From the NCBI RefSeq assembly GCF_006345805.1, contig NC_043002.1, positions 16,430,001-16,494,000 of the forward strand: a stretch of DNA of 64,000 nt, given 5' to 3'. Under the pieces are notes generated by a model, which worked only from the letters and a program-made list of their open reading frames with translations, was not told the DNA's origin and searched no databases. The DNA is from Octopus sinensis. Lineage: Eukaryota. Made by a program: the position numbers and the translations under genes. Below are positions 53,707 through 64,000 of the stretch, in pieces. Position 1 is the first letter of the stretch. Every line of letters starts with the position of its first letter.

Positions 53707-54033
53707 AAAAAAGACTCCGCCGGTTACGACGACGAGGGTCCCAGCTGATACGATCAACGGAACAGCTTGCTCGTGAAATTAACGTGCAAATGGCTGAGCA
53801 TTCCACAGACACGTGTACCCTTAACGTAGTTCTCGGGGATAATCAGCGTGACACAGAGAGTGACAAGGCTGACCCTTTGAAATACAAGTACAACTCATTT
53901 TTGCCAGCTGAGTGGACTGGAGCAACGTGAAATAAAGTGTCTTGCTCAAGGACACAACGCGTCGCCGGGAATCGAACTCACAACCTTACGATCATGAGCC
54001 GAATGCCCTAACCACTAAGCCACGCGCCCTCAC
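53707..54033 (-). mobile_element. tRNA-derived CORE-type SINE (family D)
   Basis: Head GTGAGGGCGCGTGGCTTAGTGGTTAGG...GAGTTCGATTCC and CORE-like GTGTCCTTGAGCAAGACACTTT. The 3' half is shared with the SINE at 9793. Confidence 0.88.
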
Positions 54034-55352
54034 ACGTATACCTCTCTATCGACTCACGAAAACACATACATACACATTTATCGAGAAACAGAGAAAGAGT
54101 GAGATGTATTGCCTCTATGAACTGAGAATGTAGAATGTAACAGGAAATTCCAATGGAGGAATATGGATCGTGCGTTTTCAACAGTAGAAAAACTGAATCT
54201 CTTCCTACTTGAATAAAATCTATTCCAGTTAAGACACCTTTAATACGAGAAGCACGCAACTACACGTCTAATGTTCATTCCGAACGTTATAACGTTCTGT
54301 TAACCACTATCTTCCATAGCGGAAACTCTTTATGATCATACTTAGGACTGCATGAAAATAACCTCCCCGATTTAGCGCAGGGTAATATATCAAATAAGGT
54401 TAATAATTGATAAAACTCTAGAAGGGCCATCTTCCATATTTTGAAATCCACTACTGCTTTATTCAGAAGTAATTCAGATAGCAGCAGAGCACGTCAATTC
54501 GAGACAACCTTCTGTATCTGGTGAACAGGAGACGAGAACAGAAGACGAGAACAGTGGCTATCGCTTGGAAAATTTCATGAAAGATTGGAAGACAGAGAAT
54601 TTGCGACTTGTCAGCTGAGGGACCAGTCTAAATAAGGAAGAAAAAGAACTGGATGCTGGTCAGGTGGCACCAACAGACAGAGGAGAAATATAGGGGGGAG
54701 AGGGGGCGACATAGAAGAAAGGGAAGGGGATGAACGGGAAGGAGAAAGGCTAGGAATACAAGAGTGAGAGAGAGAGAGAAGATGATTAAGTGGAAAGGTT
54801 AGAATAGAAGTGAGAGGGTAAGGAAAAGAAGAGGGAAAAGAATGAAGGCGAGAGTGAGAGAGAGAGAGAGACAGTCACACGGGATATAAAAAAAACATAC
54901 TTGTTAGTACAAATTCGGATCTTTCTATCTATCTTTTTATCCAACACATTTTCGCCATCATCATTATCTACTGTAACGATAATGACCTCTACTCTTCGGT
55001 ACTGTCTGATCTCAAGAAGGTATATATTACGTGCAACTCCCGAAATATTGGTTTCTGTTCCTTTCCTTGCTCATTTAGCGTTCCACTTCCCAGGTACCTC
55101 AATAACTGCAATAACAAGTTATTGCTCACCTGCAAGTCAATCTACAACGTACACATTCCTTTTTAACTGCTTTCATGTGACAAGCTCCCCTAGTTTCAGG
55201 AGTGTGTTACTGCTTGTAAATCAGATGAATCGGAGATTCCCAGACAATACAATATACACATATATGTATATATACAAATACTTATAATATTATTCGTTCA
55301 TAAATTTATACGAATATATATATATAGATGTAGATATATGCATATATATATA

Positions 55353-55429
<77 letters not shown>

Positions 55430-55615
55430 TTACTGGTTTCAGACATTTGACTGCGACCTTGCTGGGGCCCTGCCTTTAGTAGAGGAACTCGACACCAGGC
55501 CTTATTCTTTTTAAGCCTAGTACTTATTCCATTGGTCTATTTTGCCGAACCGCTAAGTTACGGGGAGGTAAACGATGTCAAGCGATCTTAGGGGTCAAAC
55601 ACTGATACACAAACA
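55430..55615 (-). mobile_element. Diverged SINE A 3' fragment
   Basis: GTTTCAGACATTTGACTGCGACC...GCCGAACCGCTAAGTTACGGGG. Confidence 0.75.
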
Positions 55616-55625
55616 TACACACATA

Positions 55626-55656
<31 letters not shown>

Positions 55657-56061
55657 TGTGTGTGTGTGTAGTTGAAATTTATAGAAAAATGACTGGTGAA
55701 CGAACATGCAAATGTATTAGTCTAATGCGTGAAAAGAAAAACTCTTTTACGCTTCTAGCTTACGCTCTTCACTTGTAGATTTCAGCGGTCTAGCTTTGCG
55801 AAAAATTGTGTAATACATATATACATACATATATATATATATATATATAAAGCACACATATATATGAAGAGAGAGAGAGAGTGTGGGGAGAGAGATAGAA
55901 ACATCAGTGACATTACCGAAAATTCAGGCTTTTACGCAGCAGCTCTCAGAATGTTTGCTATATTTGTACTACATTCTAAGACTTATTTCAGAACTTCATT
56001 AAATGAATAAATAATAAATAATTTCAGCAAGTCTGAACTGGCATATGCTGGAGGAAGTACT

Positions 56062-56114
<53 letters not shown>

Positions 56115-56119
56115 GTACA

Positions 56120-56174
<55 letters not shown>

Positions 56175-56184
56175 GATCTTAACT

Positions 56185-56690
56185 GATTGGAAGTGTTATC
56201 ATGTACATTGTTTTGTCTTGGTATGAAAGATGGGCTACAGCAAATATTCTGCTCCATACCACAGATTTGCTTGTCAGTTGTTTGACCTTAACCAGTTGAG
56301 CATGTCCATTAGTGGCTGACGATATGTGCATCTCTGATCACGAGCAGAAGTAGTGGGGGAGCATCATAGCCATGTGTTGAGAGGGATTCTTTGGGGTTTG
56401 AATAGTTCACCTCTGGAAACAGGGGTGGTTCTTTCAACATCCTTAAACAACCCTTATTCAGGGACCGTTTGAGCGGGATGGGCTACTCAACCCGAAGAAA
56501 ATTCTAACTGGGCCCCACCTGCAAGGTCATGCGCTGTTTATCTTGATATGAGATCACCATGTCGCGCACATATGGTTGTGATGCATGTGCCTGGTGTACC
56601 CTTATCAGGCAGGTAGTCATGATGGGTATATTTGGCTTCGTATATTTTACCCCAGTGTCACTTTGATGGCATGAACTGCTCTCTCACTCA
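56185..56690. repeat. Interspersed repeat of unassigned class bounded by (AAT)n tracts
   Basis: GC-richer ~500-bp island between (AAT)n runs. It resembles an abundant octopus repeat as I recall it; single copy in this window. Confidence 0.45.
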
Positions 56691-56794
56691 ATGATAATAA
56701 TAATAATAATAATAATGATGATGATGATGATAATAATAATATAATAATATATATTATTATTATTATAATTATTATTATTTTTATTATGATATAT

Positions 56795-56859
<65 letters not shown>

Positions 56860-57566
56860 AATACACATGATGATATATGTATATGGGGCATATGTAGGTA
56901 TACATTGTGAGTTTAGTGGAAGTGGAAGCATCAGCTTTGTATATGTTTTATGCCGAACGTTCGAGAAACAAATACAATACAATGATTAAAGACCTAAATG
57001 TATTTACTACGTAAATAAAACGACGTCAGGAAGACATGGTATTAAATCGAACAACTCTGAACGTTATGTGCGTAAATATAATTAAATTATAATAATAACA
57101 ATTTATTTTTAGTTTATGCTGTTATTTCAAATATACTTTCCGTCGCTGAAAGAACTTGGTTCCGTACGTAATCTAACAGTGCAGAACATATTTCATGGGT
57201 TGCTACATATAGCAAATAAAATCTATCGATGATTTATGGAATGTGTTCCGTTGCGCATTTGTTGCCATTGCTAAAAGAATAGAAATGTTCTAATAAAGTT
57301 AAACAGATATGATTTATGATGGGAAATTATATGCCCATTTCATGGGGAAAAAAAATCAACTGAATGTGTAACAACGGAAGAATGGAATATTTATTTCTGT
57401 TCGCATGTGTGTAACATATGTATGTAAATGCAACATATGATAAGTATATACGCATCATTGCTTATCTGTGAAAATATGTGCGTAGGCATGCATGGATGTA
57501 TGCATGTAAATATAGATGCAGGGAGGTACATCAAATTTGTATATATCCACGCACGCACAGGCAAAC

Positions 57567-57626
<60 letters not shown>

Positions 57627-57750
57627 GTATATTTATGTACGCTTGCATATATATATATATATATAGATAGATATGAACGCGTGTATATATATATATAGCT
57701 GCATGAATGTACATCAAATTTATATACATCCACACACGAACAGACACATA

Positions 57751-57820
<70 letters not shown>

Positions 57821-57836
57821 CCTCTCTCTCTCTCTT

Positions 57837-57884
<48 letters not shown>

Positions 57885-58416
57885 CATATATATACACATA
57901 TATAAATATATATAAATACATAATACTTAACTATGTAAATGATTGCTATATGGATATATATGTATATATATCCATGTATATATGTATGTATCTATCTATC
58001 TAAATATATGTGTGTGTGTGTGTGTGGTGTGCGTGTAAGAGTGATTATATATAGATATGAACATACGTATAAATAAATGTATAAATATATAGATGATTAC
58101 TTACATTTAATAGTGAGTGTGAGTGTGTTTCTGTTTTGAAAGAGAAGAATATGCTTGTGTGTTGTGTGGCAATATATTTAAATCGCAAGGATTACAATTA
58201 TTCATGCAAAATATATGTTAAGCATTATGAAGTAAATGTTGTATGTTTGCGTCCGTGTCTGTGAACACACGATTGTGCATTAAAATATTTACGGTTATAT
58301 AAATAGCTAAGCAAATATAGAGGCGTATAATTTAGTTTCCATGTACGATATTTCCGTATATCTTTGCAATTGTATATTTTTCTCTGTGCGTGCATATACA
58401 TAATGCATATATACGC

Positions 58417-58439
<23 letters not shown>

Positions 58440-58466
<27 letters not shown>

Positions 58467-59208
58467 TGTTTGTGTACGTGTTTGAGTGTGTATATGTATA
58501 TATGAAAATATATGTAAACATATATTAGATATATATATATATATATATATATATTACATATTACATATATATATAATATATATATATATTATACATACAC
58601 AATATATATATATACACACACACACACATAGTATATTGTGTTGTGGAGCTGCTTGTGTAAGTGGTTATGGTGATTATTTCCTCATCCAAAGTATGTGATT
58701 TTGATTCCTGGGAAGGCCAGTGTTTTGGGTTTTGATCACTCAACTTCATTTCCAGTCTACTAAGGTGGCACAAATATGTTCTCTAATGACGAGCTGGCGT
58801 CTCGCCCTGCGGACAATACAGGCGCCACACAAATGTGTAAATCAGCCACACACACATAAAGATAGGCATGATCACATACACCCACATACACACAACACAA
58901 ACACACACAAACACACACTCACACACACATATATATATTTATATATATACATATACATATATGAATATCTACGGAAATATACATCCATACATATATTTTT
59001 TGTATAAACTATCGTATAAGTTTGATAGTGGAAACTCATGAAGCTCTAGGTCGCTGAGTCACTGTGTCGCATGTGATATATATATGTGTGCGTGTGTGTG
59101 TGGTGTGTGTGTGTGTGTGTTGTTTGTGTACGTGTTTGAGTGTGTATATGTATATATGAAAATATATGTAAACATATATTAGATATATATATATATATAT
59201 ATATATAT

Positions 59209-59243
<35 letters not shown>

Positions 59244-59760
59244 CATACACAAATATATATATATACACACACACACACATAGTATATGTGTTGTGGAGCT
59301 GCTTGTGTAAGTGGTTATGGTGATTATTTCCTCATCCAAAGTATGTGATTTTGATTCCTGGGAAGGCCAGTGTTTTGGGTTTTGATCACTCAACTTCATT
59401 TCCAGTCTACTAAGGTGGCACAAATATGTTCTCTAATGACGAGCTGGCGTCTCGCCCTGCGGACAATACAGGCGCCACACAAATGTGTAAATCAGCCACA
59501 CACACATAAAGATAGGCATGATCACATACACCCACATACACACAACACAAACACACACAACAAACACACACTCACACACACATATATATATTTATATATA
59601 TACATATACATATATGAATATCTACGGAAATATACATCCATACATATATTTTTTGTATAAACTATCGTATAAGTTTGATAAGTGGAAACTCATGAAGCTC
59701 TAGGTCGCTGAGTCACTGTGTCGCATGTGATATATATATGTGTGCGTGTGTGTGTGTGTG
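58440..59760. repeat. Tandem duplication, unit about 660 bp
   Basis: 58440-59100 and 59100-59760. The unique cores appear identical, and the junctions lie in (GT)n tracts. Confidence 0.95.
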
Positions 59761-60879
59761 TATTTATGGCGCATTCTGTTAAGAACATTGTAGAGTACGT
59801 CCACCTTCAGATTTAACCTGTGCTATCCAGGAGTAATATTACACCTACATCCAGGTTTGCGTTTGGGCGTATGTCGTGTGTGAACAGATAAATATAAAAT
59901 AGTCAACAACGAAGGGGTACGGTTAGACATTTATTTTTTTATCACTACAATTGTTTCCGCGCAACGTGATTCTCCGGGTGTGCAGATGCTTGTTGAGGCA
60001 AATTTTTACCAGTATTATGAGATCTAGTTGCGTTTTCCCCCCAGGCAATATGTAAATATTGTCTCCGTAAGTTTTAAAATCATCAGCTCCAAAAACATCC
60101 TTTCTATATGTCGTGGCTTGAATTTAATATTAGTCACTGTGCTTATAAGGTTAGGCAAACTGCATTGAATACGATGTAGTAGGATAGTGATTCTGATACT
60201 TTAAAGTGTTTGCCGTTTTAAAGGGATTGGCATTTTATTTCTTTGTACAAGTGATTTGTCCTTCATGATTGGTTTCACAGGCATTTAAGATTTAATACTC
60301 GAACACATGCATATATACACAGGCACACGCGCAAACACACACGCACACTCACATATAGATATATATATGTGTGCGCGCGTGTGTGTGTGTGTATGTATAT
60401 ACATATGTATATACCTCTACATATACATACGCATACACACACGCATACACACACGCTTACGTATTCGGAGATGTAGACACATTCACATATATAACCATAG
60501 CTACACTAGCACGCATATACATACACAGATGGTAGTGTGTGCATACACACTCACTTATTTTTCTATATATCTATAAGCATAATTGATTCATATCATTTGT
60601 TCCGCATTTCAAGTCATAATCAGAAAATTTGATAGGTGAGGAGGAATATGGCTGCTAATTTTGTTTCAGTTGTTTGGTTGATACTTTCTTTTATTGGTGC
60701 TGAAATGCTAGACACAACCTGGGAATTTTCATATACCATCATAATACTCCCTATAACCACAGATTTGCTTTTCAATAAAATTATAAATTGAATAAAGAGA
60801 AAAGCAAACACACACACATATATTGATGTATGTATGTATGAATGCATGCGCTCGAAATGAGGAGTAGATAGACACCCGA

Positions 60880-61026
60880 CAACTGATGAAGGGTCGTTAT
60901 TTATGTTACCTGTCCTGTTTTCTATTTGTTTCTCACGGTGTTTGCGCATTGAACTCATTTACTTACATATTTCAGGTTGTTTACTGTTTGGTGACGTCCT
61001 GTACCATATATATATAATATATATAT

Positions 61027-61084
<58 letters not shown>

Positions 61085-61215
61085 CAATATATATATGGGT
61101 ACAGGAAATCACGAAACAGTAAACAACATGAAATACGAAAGCAAATGAGATAAATATGCAAACACCGAGAGAAACAAATGGAAACCAGGACAAGTAACAT
61201 AAATAATGACTGAGG
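60880..61215. repeat. Diverged inverted repeat (~120-bp arms) around an (AT)n tract, PLE-terminus-like
   Basis: 60890-61010 is the reverse complement of 61093-61212 with many substitutions. CTGATGA at 60883. Confidence 0.8.
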
Positions 61216-61381
61216 ATAGACAACTCCGGATGACTCATCCTTGTTTTCTTTGTATCCTCTATCTGGATGTTTTGTTGTCCCTTTTTTGTATCACTTAACT
61301 GTCTACATAATTTGTATTCTTGTCCCATTTATATATTTCACACACAAACACACACACACACACATAACGCGCGCGCACGCT

Positions 61382-61385
61382 CACA

Positions 61386-61439
<54 letters not shown>

Positions 61440-61529
61440 CATATGGTGTTTTGGTTAAGAGAGCAGGCTACTAACCCCAAAATTCCAAGTTCGATTCTAG
61501 GCAGTGACCTGAATAATAATAATAATAAT

Positions 61530-61560
<31 letters not shown>

Positions 61561-62253
61561 GATAAATAAATAAATAAATAAATAGATAAATAAATCATTA
61601 TCTCTGGCTGCCCAGTCCTGGCTAAAAAGGAATATAAAGGGCAATGCACATTCTCATACTTATTTAATATGTATGAGAATGTGCATTGTCCGTTTTAATT
61701 TTCAAAATACTATATGTAGCTGAAGATTGCTCGACATTTTAAAACTGACGTAATACTTACAGTGTTTAATAGAATGAAGTAGCATGAAACAATTCTACTA
61801 CACTACCTTGGATATCCTTGTTACTTATTTTTGGATATATATATATAATTAATATATATATATATCTATATAGATATATCCAAATAAGTAACAAGGATAT
61901 CCAAGGTAGTGTAGTAGAATTGTTTCATGCTACTTCATTCTATTAAACACTGTAAGTATTACGTCAGTTTTAATGTCGAGCAATCTTCAGCTACATATGT
62001 AATTTGAAATTAAAACGGACAATGCACATTCTCATACATATTAATAAGTATGAGAATGTGCATTGCCCTTTATATTCCTTTTAGCCAGGACTGGGCAGCC
62101 AGAGATAATGATTTATTTATCTATTTATTTATTTATTTATCTATTATTATTATTATTATTATTATTAATATTTTATTATTATTATTCAGGTCACTGCCTA
62201 GAATCGAACTTGGAATTTTGGGGTTAGTAGCCTGCTCTCTTAACCAAAACACC

Positions 62254-62335
<82 letters not shown>
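61382..62335. repeat. Near-perfect ~950-bp palindrome
   Basis: Arms at about 61382-61840 and 61874-62335 with an AT spacer. Each arm contains a tRNA-like SINE head (TGGTGTTTTGGTT...GTTCGATTCT), an (AAT)n run and an 18-bp-stem hairpin. Confidence 0.95.
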
Positions 62336-62337
<2 letters not shown>

Positions 62338-63244
62338 ACACACACAAACACACGCATTAGCTCTTACATATATCTATAAACAACGTGAAATAGATGCATA
62401 TTAGTTTATTTTCAAAAGTATTTATTACACGTGCTCATAAATTGAAAGCTATATTTAGATAGATAGAAAGAAAGTGGAGGCTATTATATTCAATATTTAC
62501 GATCCACATCTATCATTTGTAAATTTAAGTATACACATATCTGAATTTTTTTTTTTTTTAAATAGGGACGAACTTAAATATGACACTGAGCATAGAGTCT
62601 AAATTGTTGAGATAACGTTTGATAATATATAAGCAATATATTATTAAGTTATAAACTCTGCATTGCGCTTCCACACAGAATCACTGTCGAGTCAGCATTA
62701 ATTTAAATAAATATGGCTGGTTTTTCTATCTTAGTAGAAGTTCGCGATATTTTAAGCAACAGACGTTTTCCTGTTATCTCCCTTAATCATACCCATTCAT
62801 TACGTATCGATAGTACCCATAATTTAAAGTTATGGGGATATGCTTCCTATGGAAAAGCACTTAAAGTGCATATGTACGTATATTTTAACTTAACGATTGA
62901 GCGGAAATTAATTTCTTGCACTAAAATCTCCTAAAGAAATAATATATTTTTAATGAAGGTTACTTTGAGCATGGATGTTCTTGTTATTAAAAAATATGAT
63001 AATGGTGCTAAATTTTCTTTATTTTTTTCTGTTAATCATTTGTAATTTGAAATAGTTGAGACAGTACAGCTGCTCCACAACAGTAAGAAATACGGGTGTT
63101 GTATTTGCAAACTGATTAACGACCAAAACTATTGATAATAATATCTCTAATTCAGAACTCTATTCATTATCCTTTCTTGTAGTATATTATGCAATAGTTA
63201 ACACGCCATTTTATTACAATATCGTGGATAAGGGCAATATATGT

Positions 63245-63525
63245 TAGTTAGTTAGTTAGTTAATTTTTGGCTCAAAAAGCAAAAAGCAAGGCCATGTAGG
63301 GGGACATGGAGTTACGTACAGGGTGGTGTTCATGTAAAGAGTTCAGGCCACTTGAGGTCAAGGGAGACTTTGAACAAAGCGGTCGTCGGCATCTTCACCA
63401 TCTCGTCTAGCAGCTTGTTCCACGGATCCGCAACCCGGACGAAGAAAGCCCCTCTCCTTCGATTGAGATGAAATCGTCGCAGATAGAGCTTTTCGGAATG
63501 ACCCCGCAGTCGACGCTCCTTTAAT
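63245..63525 (-). mobile_element. CR1-group LINE 3' end
   Basis: RRLRGHSEKLYLRRFHLNRRRGAFFVRVADPWNKLLDEMV...FKVSLD, followed by a short 3' UTR and a (TAAC)n tail. Confidence 0.88.
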
Positions 63526-64000
63526 GCATACATTTCTCCAATACTTGCATATTCCAAAATATGTATTCATCTTTTGTATAATAGAAATAACTTTACTATT
63601 ATGAACTTTCTACTTACGTTCCGGTTCAATTCCAAACATGGTTTATTTTATTTTTACCATTGTGATGTGGATGAAATGAAGTACCCGGCAATTACTACGG
63701 TGGGTGTAATCGAATCGATTAGTCTCTCACCTCTAAAACTGCCTAACTTATGTCAATTTAGCCCTCGCTTTTATAAAGATGCAAGAAGTACATTGTAAGA
63801 AACAAATAACTTTTTTTATTTCTATATGTGGTTTGCGGTGATTATATTTAAATTTACGGAAGAAAATCTCTGAAGAAAATGAAAGTCCAAGGGTCATGCA
63901 TATATTCCAGAAATGCAGGCGATATTTGTCAGCTACTTGTAATAATCTGAACAGGTGTACACGCCTTTATATCCACTTGCATAAACACACCCTCTAACCC

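Noticed and set aside
47690-60800. Isolated plus-strand exon-like segments (about 47690-47757 and 60670-60790; also 40620-40690)
   Set aside because: They are short frames expected by chance, each lacks a good splice site on one side, and they form no coherent chain.

Overview
This is eukaryotic, very AT-rich, microsatellite-dense DNA. The tRNA-derived SINE families and repeat landscape match what I recall of Octopus (coleoid cephalopod); that assignment is inference. I found no complete, identifiable protein-coding gene. Most ORF-track entries are microsatellite artefacts or transposon fragments. The window is mostly mobile DNA: three large decayed Penelope-like elements (RT plus GIY-YIG) and several solo PLE termini, a 5'-truncated CR1/L2-group LINE with a nearly intact RT, two CR1 3' ends, a decayed Ty3/Gypsy gag remnant, an internally deleted mariner, a Helitron-like non-autonomous element and more than 15 SINE copies or fragments from about four families. 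The most interesting signal is a set of minimal type I hammerhead ribozyme motifs in PLE-type termini with several core variants: canonical CUGAUGA, U4C, a recurrent A6U in three copies, and a structurally intact U3:A8 compensatory form. A decayed ~546-bp hammerhead-bearing tandem unit resembles a retrozyme or pseudo-LTR. Also notable are a candidate minus-strand spliced gene fragment near 3.5 kb (canonical 65-nt intron, but an in-frame TAA), a ~1-kb near-perfect palindrome with nested hairpins, and a 660-bp tandem duplication. The last two differ between copies almost only by indels and may be long-read assembly artefacts. Element boundaries are approximate unless a TSD or TIR is quoted.
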